Part shown: in pieces, positions 43,701 through 52,797 of the stretch
How positions within the stretch are numbered: the first letter of the stretch is position 1
How the letters are laid out: every line of letters begins with the position of its first letter
Assembly: GCA_017463365.1 (NCBI GenBank)
Contig: JAFTPH010000026.1
Span: 620-64,619, forward strand
Reading direction: 5' to 3'
DNA: 64,000 nucleotides
From: Bacilli bacterium
Lineage (GTDB): Bacteria; Bacillota_I; Bacilli_A; ML615J-28; CAG-313
Translations under genes and position numbers: made by a program
The notes under the pieces: generated by a model
Database searches by the model: none
The model's input: only the letters and a program-made list of their open reading frames with translations
Told to the model about the DNA's origin: nothing

Positions 43701-44153
43701 ATGGAAGTAATTGTTTTTTCGTCTTCAGGATGTGAATTAATTCAAAATGAAGAAAGCGTTAGTAGGGATTTAGATATAGATTATGATTTGAAATATGTTT
43801 GTTATAAATATAATATAAATAACAATGACCTATTTCAAATCAATGAAACTACTAATAGTTTTTTCTTGAGATTATTTGGCAATCTCTTGACATTATTAAT
43901 GATTGGTGGTATTCATAGTTCTGAGAATTTAAGGAATATTCAATATAATGCATATAAACAAAATAAAAAGCTTGCTAGCTTTATATTTATGCCTTTATTA
44001 AGAATGCGAGGCAAAATTAAAATTAAACCTATAAAATGTACTGATGATACAGTTGTTTGTATTTATTTATTAAAATCAAAAATTCCATTTATGGTAGATG
44101 TTTTTGATGGTGAAATAGAAATTATAGAAAATAAAAGAGGATTTAAGATATAA
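43701..44153 (+). CDS. Hypothetical protein (150 aa, no recognisable domain)
   Basis: ORF with RBS GGGAGG, its own consensus promoter and a downstream hairpin terminator (44206-44237). Cys-containing, one hydrophobic segment. Confidence 0.5.
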   Translation: MEVIVFSSSGCELIQNEESVSRDLDIDYDLKYVCYKYNINNNDLFQINETTNSFFLRLFGNLLTLLMIGGIHSSENLRNIQYNAYKQNKKLASFIFMPLLRMRGKIKIKPIKCTDDTVVCIYLLKSKIPFMVDVFDGEIEIIENKRGFKI

Positions 44154-44341
44154 ATTATTTTACATTTATTGATAAAATTGAAAACTTATAATAATTAATG
44201 ATACTGTTACCCATACCAATTTTGGTATGGGTATTTTAAATTGTTTCGAAAAAAGTAAAAAATGATGATATTTTTTTAAAATTATTTATTTCTTAACAAA
44301 AATATGGTATAATATAGAAAAAGAATAGAGAGGGTGAAAGT

Positions 44342-46633
44342 ATGTTTGCAAGTGTCATAATAGATAATGCTAGTAGTAATACGGATTATGAATTTGAATA
44401 TTTAGTACCAGAATATGCACTCGCATTCATCAAAGTAGGGTGTAGAGTAAAGGTTAAATTTGGAACTAGCGAACGTTTATGGATGGGGTATGTTATTGAT
44501 TTACATGAAGAATCTTTGTTTGAAGGGGATAAAAAAGAAATAATTGAGGTTTTAGATTTAGAACCATTAATTAATGAAGAACAATTAGTATTAAGTGAAT
44601 ATATCAAGAATGATACAATTTGTCCTCGCTCAAGAGTTTTAAATTTAATGATTCCTAGTGCTTTAAGATTAAAATCATCAAAATATTTAGTTACAGAAGA
44701 TGTAACAAAGCTTGATGCTAATTTAGCTATTTTATTTAAGGGTAAAAACACCTTAAAAATTACGAATGAGTTAGAAAGTCATAGTAGATTAATTAATAAA
44801 GCGTTAAAAGATGGTTTAATTAAAATAATGTATGATGCTAGTGATACACTAGCTAATCCTCAAATTACAAAGTATTTTATTAAGGAACAAGATTTTCAAA
44901 ATAAGTTATTTTTAGTTACTAATTCTTTAGAAATTGATTTTTTAAATTATTTAAAAAATCAAGAAGAACCATCATCTTTAAATGAAATAATTGAGAATTA
45001 TCCAATTAGTAGTTATCGTGTAAAAAAACTTGCTGAGGCAGGAATTATTGAAAAACAAAAATTCAGTAATATAAAACACAAAAAAAGAGAAGTAAAAGTT
45101 GATACTGAGTTAATTAAATTAAATGATAAATTTATTGAATTATTAAATGGTAGTAAAGAATTATTGTGGATGCCATCAAGTAATAATGAAGAATTAACGG
45201 TTATTTTGGAAATTCTTAAACAAGATAGTTTAAAAAATAAGAAGACGTTAATTTTAGTTCCAGATATTTTATCAAGTTATCGTTATCAAAGTTTAATTAG
45301 TTTAAATACTGATGCGAAAGTATTATGTTTAAATTCAGAAATTGGTAGTACAGAAAACTATGAAATATATGAACAAATAAGAAAAGAAAACTTCGATGTG
45401 ATGGTTACAACCCCAGTTGGAGCTTTATATCCATATCAAGATATAGGAACTATTTTGATAATTGACCAAGAAAGCGAAAACTATCGTAATGATCAAAGTC
45501 CAAGATATGATTTAAATGAAGTATTTAAATATCGTATTAAAAATATCGGACAAAGATTAATTTTCCATAGCTATGCGCCAACAATGAAGTGTTACGCAGA
45601 AAGCTTAACTATTTTACCGAAATTAGAATGTAATTTACCGAAAATTGACGTTGTTAATTTAAAAAATGAATTAATTATGGGAAATAAGAGTCCAATTTCA
45701 AGAGTATTACATAATGAAATTGAAAGAACTCTTAAAAGAAAAGGTAAAGTTTTACTTATTTTAAATAATAAAGGTTATAGTCAATCAGTTCTTTGTCGTA
45801 ATTGTGGTGAAGTAATTAAATGTGATGAATGTGATATACCATTACAATATCAAAAAGAAAAAGAAATTTTAGTTTGTCCAAAATGTGGTAAGCGTAAAGA
45901 TTTTACCGCATCTTGTCCAAAATGTGGAAGTAGTTTTATTCGCCATATTGGTCTTGGAATGGAAAAACTAAAAGAAGTTTTAGAAGAAGAATTTGAAGAT
46001 ATCAGAGTTGGGGTTTTAAAAGATTCTAATTATCGTGATTATGAAGAAGAAGTTTTAAAACTAAATGATGATATAAGTGATGTAATTATTAGTAGTGATA
46101 TATTTTCTCGTTCAATCATCAATGAAAAAATTGAACTTGTGGTAGTTGTTGCTTTAGACATTGTGACTAAATCACCAAGTTATCATGCGGGAGAAAGAGC
46201 GTATTCTTTATTAAAACATGCGTTAAATCATTTATCTAGTGAAGATCATAAACTAGTAATTCAAACCTATAATCCAGAGATTCCAGTATTAAAATATTTC
46301 TTGTTAGATGAATATGATAAATTCTTTATTGATGAATTAAGGGTACGTGAAATTGCCAAATTGGACCCAATTTATGAAGTAAATCGTATTTTTATTAAGA
46401 GTGAATATAAAGAAATGTATAAAACAGCCAACATAATTAAGAAACATTTATATAATACTGTTCGTCATAATATTCAAATATTAGGTCCAGCCTATAATAA
46501 ACAAGAAAGATGTGTACAATTACTAGTAAAACACCAACATAAAAATATTAATAATGTTTATCAACAAATATATAAACTTTATCAAAATTCTAAGACAATG
46601 ATTATTTTTGATAAATATCCAAGAAACATATAA
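44342..46633 (+). CDS. priA: Primosomal protein N' (PriA) orthologue with degenerate helicase ATPase motifs
   Basis: PriA-like N-terminus (VIIDNASSNTDYEFEYLVP...GCRVKVKFGTSERLWMGYVID). Two Zn-finger CxxC pairs (CRNCGEVIKCDECD...CPKCGKR...CPKCGSS). priA-fmt synteny. The Walker A position reads LLWMPSSNNEELTV (no GxGKT) and the DEEH position reads IIDQESEN. Confidence 0.8.
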   Translation: MFASVIIDNASSNTDYEFEYLVPEYALAFIKVGCRVKVKFGTSERLWMGYVIDLHEESLFEGDKKEIIEVLDLEPLINEEQLVLSEYIKNDTICPRSRVLNLMIPSALRLKSSKYLVTEDVTKLDANLAILFKGKNTLKITNELESHSRLINKALKDGLIKIMYDASDTLANPQITKYFIKEQDFQNKLFLVTNSLEIDFLNYLKNQEEPSSLNEIIENYPISSYRVKKLAEAGIIEKQKFSNIKHKKREVKVDTELIKLNDKFIELLNGSKELLWMPSSNNEELTVILEILKQDSLKNKKTLILVPDILSSYRYQSLISLNTDAKVLCLNSEIGSTENYEIYEQIRKENFDVMVTTPVGALYPYQDIGTILIIDQESENYRNDQSPRYDLNEVFKYRIKNIGQRLIFHSYAPTMKCYAESLTILPKLECNLPKIDVVNLKNELIMGNKSPISRVLHNEIERTLKRKGKVLLILNNKGYSQSVLCRNCGEVIKCDECDIPLQYQKEKEILVCPKCGKRKDFTASCPKCGSSFIRHIGLGMEKLKEVLEEEFEDIRVGVLKDSNYRDYEEEVLKLNDDISDVIISSDIFSRSIINEKIELVVVVALDIVTKSPSYHAGERAYSLLKHALNHLSSEDHKLVIQTYNPEIPVLKYFLLDEYDKFFIDELRVREIAKLDPIYEVNRIFIKSEYKEMYKTANIIKKHLYNTVRHNIQILGPAYNKQERCVQLLVKHQHKNINNVYQQIYKLYQNSKTMIIFDKYPRNI

Positions 46634-46648
46634 GAAAGAGGTAGAGAT

Positions 46649-47563
46649 ATGTTAAAAATTGTTTTTATGGGAACACCATCATTTAGTGTTCCAATTTTAG
46701 AAGCGTTAATTAAAGAATATGATGTGGCGTTGGTTGTTACTCAACCGGATAAAGAAGTAGGAAGAAAAAGAGAAGTTGTTGCATCTCCTGTAAAGAAGTG
46801 TGCTTTAGAACATAATATTCCCGTTTTTCAACCTCAAAACATTCGAAAAGATTATCAACCAATTATTGATGCCAATCCTGATTTAATTGTTACTGCTGCG
46901 TTTGGACAAATTATTGGGACGAAGATTTTAAATTATCCAAAATACCGCTCAATAAACGTTCATGCTTCTTTACTTCCCAAATACCGAGGAGGTGCTCCAA
47001 TTCACTATTCCGTTATTAATGGTGATAAAGAAACCGGAGTTACAATCATGTATATGGAAAAAGCTATGGATGCGGGAGACATTTTAAGTCAAAGAGCAAT
47101 TCCGATTTTAGAAGAAGATACAACTGGTACAATGTTTGAAAAATTATCTTTGGTTGGTCGTGATTTATTAATGGAAACTATTCCAGCTTTAATCAAAGGT
47201 GAAATTACACCAATTAAACAAAATGAAGATGAAGTTACATATGCTTACAACATTACCGCAGAACAAGAAACTTTAGATTTAAACGAAGAAGCAAAAGTTT
47301 TAATTAATAAAATAAGAGGATTACTTCCTGCACCTGGAGCCAATATGGTTATTAAAGGTGATACTATCAAAGTATATCAAGCAAAAGTAAGTGAATTAAC
47401 ACATAATGCAAGTGTTGGAACAATTATTGGAAAAACTAAAAAGTATTTTAGTGTTGCTTGTGGTAATTCTACAGCTATTGATATCTATGAATTACAAGTG
47501 TCAGGTAAAAGAAGAATGATGGCCGCTGACTTTATTAATGGTGGGCTTGCTAAATACATGTAA
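46649..47563 (+). CDS. fmt: Methionyl-tRNA formyltransferase
   Basis: MLKIVFMGTPSFSVPILEAL...HASLLPKYRGGAPI (SLLP formyltransferase motif). 304 aa. Confidence 0.95.
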   Translation: MLKIVFMGTPSFSVPILEALIKEYDVALVVTQPDKEVGRKREVVASPVKKCALEHNIPVFQPQNIRKDYQPIIDANPDLIVTAAFGQIIGTKILNYPKYRSINVHASLLPKYRGGAPIHYSVINGDKETGVTIMYMEKAMDAGDILSQRAIPILEEDTTGTMFEKLSLVGRDLLMETIPALIKGEITPIKQNEDEVTYAYNITAEQETLDLNEEAKVLINKIRGLLPAPGANMVIKGDTIKVYQAKVSELTHNASVGTIIGKTKKYFSVACGNSTAIDIYELQVSGKRRMMAADFINGGLAKYM

Positions 47564-47575
47564 ATGAGGTGCTTT

Positions 47576-48109
47576 ATGAAACCTAAACTTTATTATTCGC
47601 GTGAAGAAATGTTTATTTTAAATCGTGATAAACTTTTAGAACGCGGAGTTACAATTGATGATATTAGTATCATTGCTTTTAATCAACAAAAACGATATTA
47701 TGAAAATGTTGAATATAATTTATGTAAAGAAAGTGTCGAAAAGATTTTATCTTTAAGAGATATTTTTCATTTATTACAATTGGGAGTTGAAATTGATAGA
47801 TTAGCAGAGGTTGGAGCATTTAATGGTCCAATTCAAGATATCATTCGCTATGATTTAGGGGTATTTGGTATTGATGAAATATTTGGTTTAGATATTGCGA
47901 GACTATATGGAGCGATTGGTCAAACTAACTTCGGAGATATTGATGTTAATAAACCTGGAATTGTTGAAAAATTAAATCATGATGGTAAAGGAGACAAAGA
48001 TAGCTGTCATACTTTCTTAGATGATATTGTTGGAGCTATTGCTGCCGCAGCATCAACTAGAGTATCTCAAATAATGAGTGAAAACGAAGCAGCTAGAAAA
48101 GATAATTAA
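47576..48109 (+). CDS. Hypothetical protein (~177 aa, Gly/Ala-rich C-terminus)
   Basis: ORF with AGGTG RBS (alternative ATG at 47564). No family recognised from sequence alone. Confidence 0.45.
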   Translation: MKPKLYYSREEMFILNRDKLLERGVTIDDISIIAFNQQKRYYENVEYNLCKESVEKILSLRDIFHLLQLGVEIDRLAEVGAFNGPIQDIIRYDLGVFGIDEIFGLDIARLYGAIGQTNFGDIDVNKPGIVEKLNHDGKGDKDSCHTFLDDIVGAIAAAASTRVSQIMSENEAARKDN

Positions 48110-48111
48110 TT

Positions 48112-49308
48112 ATGAATTCGATAAAAGATATATATAAAATAGGTCATGGTCCATCAAGTTCCCATACAATGGGACCTGCTAAAGCTAGTCAAATTTTTAA
48201 AAGTCGATATCCTGATGCTGATTTTATTAGTGTAGAGTTATTTGGTTCTTTAGCTTTAACTGGTAAAGGGCATTTAACTGATAAAGCGATTATTAATGAA
48301 ATTTTACCAACAAAAGTAGAAGTAAAATTTAATTTTGATATTGTTTATGAATATCATTCAAATGCGATGAAGTTTTTAGCTTATAAAGATAATATTCAAA
48401 TTGGAGAATGGTTAGTCTTTAGTATAGGGGGCGGAGAACTTCGTGAGTTGAATGAAGAAATTATTAGTGATGGAAAGAAAGTATATCCTGTATCAACAAT
48501 GGGAGAAGTTTTGAAAGAATGTGAAGAAAAAAATCTTTCATTAGTTGATTATTGTTTGCAATATGAAGATAGTGATTTAAGAGATTTTTTAAAAGTTGTT
48601 TTAGCTCAAATGGAAGAAACAACAAAAAAAGGTATTACAACTACTGAAGAAGTTTTACCTGGTAAATTAAAATTACGCCGTAAAGCCAAAGATTTTTACG
48701 CAAAATATAAAGAAACTAACGATACAGATATTTTATCGTTTGCGGTGGCACTAGCAACAGCAGAAGAAAATGCGGCAGGGGGGATTGTGGTAACGGCTCC
48801 AACTTGTGGTTCATGTGGAGTATTACCAGGAACAATCTTACCAGAATTATATTATGGTAGATCGACGGAAGAAGAACTAGTTGATTCATTAATTGTTGCG
48901 GGACTAATTGGGAATATTGTTAAAACTAATGCTTCTATTTCTGGAGCTGAAGTTGGTTGTCAAGGCGAAATTGGAGTTGCATGCAGTATGGCATGTGGTG
49001 CATTAGCCTACCTTAAAAAGGCAACTAATGTCCAAATTGAGTGTGCTGCTGAAATTGGTTTAGAACATCATTTAGGGATGACTTGTGATCCTGTTTATGG
49101 ACTTGTTCAAATACCATGTATTGAACGTAACGCTATGTGTAGTGAATATGCTAGAAAAGCTGTAAAATACGCAATGATTACTGATGGTACTCATACGGTT
49201 ACTTTGGATAGTGTTATTGAGGTTATGCATGAAACAGGAAAAGATATGCATACCAAATATAAAGAAACATCAACTGGTGGTTTAGCATTAAGAAATATTG
49301 AGGAATAG
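48112..49308 (+). CDS. sdaA: L-serine dehydratase, single-chain (fused beta-alpha) iron-sulfur type
   Basis: N-terminal GHGPSSSHTMGPAKA (beta-domain signature) and C-terminal ...TAPTCGSCGVLPG...GCQGEIGVACSMA (alpha-domain Cys ligands) in one 398-aa polypeptide. Confidence 0.8.
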   Translation: MNSIKDIYKIGHGPSSSHTMGPAKASQIFKSRYPDADFISVELFGSLALTGKGHLTDKAIINEILPTKVEVKFNFDIVYEYHSNAMKFLAYKDNIQIGEWLVFSIGGGELRELNEEIISDGKKVYPVSTMGEVLKECEEKNLSLVDYCLQYEDSDLRDFLKVVLAQMEETTKKGITTTEEVLPGKLKLRRKAKDFYAKYKETNDTDILSFAVALATAEENAAGGIVVTAPTCGSCGVLPGTILPELYYGRSTEEELVDSLIVAGLIGNIVKTNASISGAEVGCQGEIGVACSMACGALAYLKKATNVQIECAAEIGLEHHLGMTCDPVYGLVQIPCIERNAMCSEYARKAVKYAMITDGTHTVTLDSVIEVMHETGKDMHTKYKETSTGGLALRNIEE

Positions 49309-49309
49309 C

Positions 49310-50737
49310 ATGATGAATAGTAATGAAATTAAAGAAGAACTAAAAGTTATTCAAGAACACGAAAAATATAAAGTTGAGTTTATTTCCATGACTCATGATG
49401 GACGTGGAGTCTGTAAATTAAGTGGGATTACTATGGACGATAAACCTTTAGAAAACTACCCTATCTTTGTTGAAGGGGCTATTATTGGAGAAATTGGGAT
49501 TATCGAAATTACCCAAATGAAAAAAAGTTATGGATTAGGACAAATTGTTAGAATTTTTAATGACAAAAAAAGTCCAAATCGTGTAACTCCAAGTTGCCCA
49601 ATCTTTGGAGAATGTGGTGGATGTCAATTAATGCATTTGTCATATGAAGGACAGTTAAGTTTTAAAAAAGGAATGGTTCGTGAAACTTTACGCAAAATTG
49701 GTGGTTTTGATAAAATCCATATCAATGATGTTATTGGAATGGAAGATCCAACAAAATATCGTAATAAAGTTCAAGTTCCATTTGGAGAATTAAAGGGAAA
49801 AGCAATAAGTGGTTTCTATAAACTAAATTCTCATGAAATAATCCCTTTAACTGAATGTTCAATTCAAACTGAAGAAATGACAGAAATTGTTAAATTTATT
49901 CGTAATTTATGTAATGAATATCATATTAAAGGTTATAATGAAAAATTAAATAAAGGTGATATTCGTCACGTTTTAATTCGTGAAAGTATTAAAACAGGTG
50001 AAGTAATGGTTATTCTTATTTGTACAAAAGCAGAATATCCTGAACTTGATGAGTTAGTAAATAAGCTTGTTAAACGTCATCCACGTATTGTATCAGTAAT
50101 GATTAATGTTAATAAGTATCAAACTAATACAATTCTTGGTAATTATTTTAAAGTATTATATGGTAGAAACTATATAATTGATGAATTATGCGGTTTAAAA
50201 TTCAAAATTGGATGTCGTTCATTCTATCAAGTAAATGCATATCAAACAGAAAAACTATATAATAAAGTTTTAGAAGTTGGAGCATTTAAAGATACTGATG
50301 TAGTAATAGATGCATATTGTGGTATTGGTACAATTGGTAGTACAATTGCTAAAAAAGCAAAATATGTTTACGGTGTCGAAATAGTCGAAGAAGCCATTCA
50401 AAATGCAAAAGAAAATGCTGAAATGAATGGACTAACCAATATTGAATTTGTATGTAATAAAGCCGAAGATCAAATTAAAGAATGGGCAAAAATGGGCATT
50501 AAAGCTGATGCAATTGTCGTAGACCCTCCACGTAAAGGTTGTGAAGGAGATTTCTTAAAAACGGTTGTAGAAATGAATATTCCTAAAATTGTCTATGTTT
50601 CTTGTGATGTCGCAACCCTTGCTAGAGATTTAAAATATTTAGCTGAAAATGGATATAATGTTGGTCATATTCAACCTGTAGACATGTTCCCTCAAACAAA
50701 CCATATAGAAAATGTGGTTTGCGTAACGAAGAAATAG
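49310..50737 (+). CDS. rlmD: 23S rRNA (uracil-C5)-methyltransferase, RlmD/RumA family (TRAM + 4Fe-4S + MTase)
   Basis: TRAM-like N-terminus. Cluster cysteines CPIFGECGGCQLMHL. SAM motif DAYCGIGTIG. Catalytic ...DPPRKGC... and C-terminal nucleophile Cys region. Confidence 0.85.
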   Translation: MMNSNEIKEELKVIQEHEKYKVEFISMTHDGRGVCKLSGITMDDKPLENYPIFVEGAIIGEIGIIEITQMKKSYGLGQIVRIFNDKKSPNRVTPSCPIFGECGGCQLMHLSYEGQLSFKKGMVRETLRKIGGFDKIHINDVIGMEDPTKYRNKVQVPFGELKGKAISGFYKLNSHEIIPLTECSIQTEEMTEIVKFIRNLCNEYHIKGYNEKLNKGDIRHVLIRESIKTGEVMVILICTKAEYPELDELVNKLVKRHPRIVSVMINVNKYQTNTILGNYFKVLYGRNYIIDELCGLKFKIGCRSFYQVNAYQTEKLYNKVLEVGAFKDTDVVIDAYCGIGTIGSTIAKKAKYVYGVEIVEEAIQNAKENAEMNGLTNIEFVCNKAEDQIKEWAKMGIKADAIVVDPPRKGCEGDFLKTVVEMNIPKIVYVSCDVATLARDLKYLAENGYNVGHIQPVDMFPQTNHIENVVCVTKK

Positions 50738-50743
50738 TACATT

Positions 50744-51307
50744 ATGGATAAAAGTCAAATTATTAATAACGTATCTAAATTATTAAATGAAAATAGGTTT
50801 GAAGAAGCTAAGATGCTTATTCAAAGTGAGTATCCTCATGAACATATAGAAATTGAAAAACGATCATATACTCTTAAACAGAAAATGACTCAATTTCTTA
50901 AAGATGGTTTCATAGATAGATATACTGGACAAAGACTTGTTAATCCAGGAATGTTAAAAGTTATAACTTACTATTGTCCAAAAGAATTTCCATATGATCC
51001 TCATTGGAAAATGACCAAAACTCATATTGCTTACTGGAATTTGATACCTACTATTGATCATATTTTTCCAATTGCATTAGGAGGTATTGATGATTCTAGT
51101 AATTGGGTTACTACATCAATGAAAAATAATTCTATAAAAAATAATTATTCATTAGAGGAAATAAACTGGCATTTACACGAAAGTGGAAATTTGGATGATT
51201 GGGATGGATTAACAAAGTTATTTATTGAGATAGTTGAAAAGAATAATGATTTACTAAAAGATTCATATATAAAAAGCTGGTATAAAATTTCTAAAGATTT
51301 GATTTAA
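50744..51307 (+). CDS. HNH-endonuclease-family protein
   Basis: IDHIFPIALGGIDDSSNWVTTSMKNNSIKNN resembles the HNH core (H-N...N). Confidence 0.55.
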   Translation: MDKSQIINNVSKLLNENRFEEAKMLIQSEYPHEHIEIEKRSYTLKQKMTQFLKDGFIDRYTGQRLVNPGMLKVITYYCPKEFPYDPHWKMTKTHIAYWNLIPTIDHIFPIALGGIDDSSNWVTTSMKNNSIKNNYSLEEINWHLHESGNLDDWDGLTKLFIEIVEKNNDLLKDSYIKSWYKISKDLI

Positions 51308-51322
51308 TAAAAAATTATAAAG

Positions 51323-51352
51323 TGAAACTCCTTATTTAATAAGGGGTTTTTC
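51323..51352 (+). terminator. Terminator after the HNH gene
   Basis: AAACTCCTTAtttaaTAAGGGGTTTTTCC. Confidence 0.7.
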
Positions 51353-51476
51353 CATATAATAATAATTTTCTCACTTTTGTTTAATTGAAGTCATCATTTT
51401 GTTTATGGTAAAATATTTTAAAGAACTGTATAATGATGGTGTAACGTTACAAAAATATAATACAAGGAGATAATTA

Positions 51477-52574
51477 ATGAATTTAGGTTTAAGAATTAAA
51501 GAATTACGTATTGAACATGATTTAACTCAAGAAGATTTAGCCGAACAACTAGGAGTATCAATTCAAGCCATATCTAGATGGGAAAATAGTATTACATGTC
51601 CGGATATTTCCGTTTTACCAATACTAGCTAATATGTTTGATGTGACTGTTGATTATTTATTAGATGTAGATATTAAGAAAAAACAACAAGAAATCAATGA
51701 AATAGAGGCTAAATATAATAAGAATTGTAATGTTGGAAAAGTAGAAGATAATGAAAAATTATTGTTAGAAGGGTTAAGTAAATATCCTAATAATTGGGTA
51801 TTAAAATCATCTTTATTAGACACTTATTTTACTTATGTTTGTAGATATGAAAGAGATGATCCAAAATATCAAGAATATATAGACAAAACAATTAAATTAG
51901 GTAATGAAATATTAAATAAATGTGTTTTAGATAATAAAAGATATTTTGCTATGCAAATACTGGTATATACTTACAGATGGACTAATGAATTAGAAAAAGC
52001 CAAAGAAATTGTCAAAAAATTACCAAGTTTTTATGTAACTAATGATTGGTTATATCCAGAAGTTGTTACTGGGTTTGAAAGAATCAAAGCTGTTGAAAGA
52101 AATATAAATTCCATAGTAGAATTATTTTATAGTGCTTTAACATCAACATATGGAAGAAGAGAAGTAGGACTTAGAGCCAAAGAACTTTTAAAATTTAAAA
52201 CATTCTTAGATTTAGTATATGAAGATGGCGACTATGGATTTTATCACATAAGACTATTTGATTTATATTTTATGTGTGCTAGTGATCAAGCTCAAATAAA
52301 AAATAAAGATGAAACGCTAAAGTATTTAAATTTAGCTATTTATTATGGAGAAATTTTTGATAAAATAAAAGATGAAGGTAAAGTTATTAAACATACAAGT
52401 TTTTTAGTAGATTGTTTAGAAAACAATCCGAATAGTTGGACATTCTCAGGTGATTGTGTTGCTTTAAAAAGAGCAGTTGATTATTTAGAAAAGGATAAAT
52501 ATGATTTCTTGAGAGAAGATGAAGAGTTTAAAAAAATTAAAGAAGAGTTAATTAATAAATTGACAAATAAATAG
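51477..52574 (+). CDS. XRE-family HTH transcriptional regulator with C-terminal helical-repeat (TPR/RNPP- or Rgg-like) domain
   Basis: HTH MNLGLRIKELRIEHDLTQEDLAEQLGVSIQAISRWENS. ~300-aa C-terminal alpha-helical region. RBS AAGGAG. The 3' end is embedded in repeat copy 1. Confidence 0.8.
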   Translation: MNLGLRIKELRIEHDLTQEDLAEQLGVSIQAISRWENSITCPDISVLPILANMFDVTVDYLLDVDIKKKQQEINEIEAKYNKNCNVGKVEDNEKLLLEGLSKYPNNWVLKSSLLDTYFTYVCRYERDDPKYQEYIDKTIKLGNEILNKCVLDNKRYFAMQILVYTYRWTNELEKAKEIVKKLPSFYVTNDWLYPEVVTGFERIKAVERNINSIVELFYSALTSTYGRREVGLRAKELLKFKTFLDLVYEDGDYGFYHIRLFDLYFMCASDQAQIKNKDETLKYLNLAIYYGEIFDKIKDEGKVIKHTSFLVDCLENNPNSWTFSGDCVALKRAVDYLEKDKYDFLREDEEFKKIKEELINKLTNK

Positions 52575-52658
52575 AGATATTTTACACTAACTAAAGTATT
52601 GCTTGAGTTCATTCAAAAACCTCTTTATTGTTTTTGAAAGATAAGAATTATATAAATT
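52548..52658 (+). repeat. 111-bp direct repeat, copy 1 (regulator 3' end + promoter-like element + 9-bp inverted repeat)
   Basis: ~97% identical to 58759-58869 (4 mismatches in 111 bp). Contains TTGACA-17-TACACT and TTCAAAAAC-n9-GTTTTTGAA. Confidence 0.9.
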
Positions 52659-52725
52659 TTTTTAGATGAATAAAGTTTGTAAAATAATACTTAACTAATA
52701 AGTTCAAAATAAATAAACGAAATAC

Positions 52726-52754
52726 TTTACATTTATTATTTATTTTGATATAAT
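52726..52754 (+). promoter_or_regulatory. Near-consensus sigma-A promoter for the small peptide gene
   Basis: TTTACA (52726-31), 17-nt spacer, TATAAT (52749-54). GAAAGGAG RBS then ATG at 52798. Confidence 0.65.
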
Positions 52755-52797
52755 GACTTTAGCAAATATAAAAATTACTTGAAAGGAGTTGATTACT

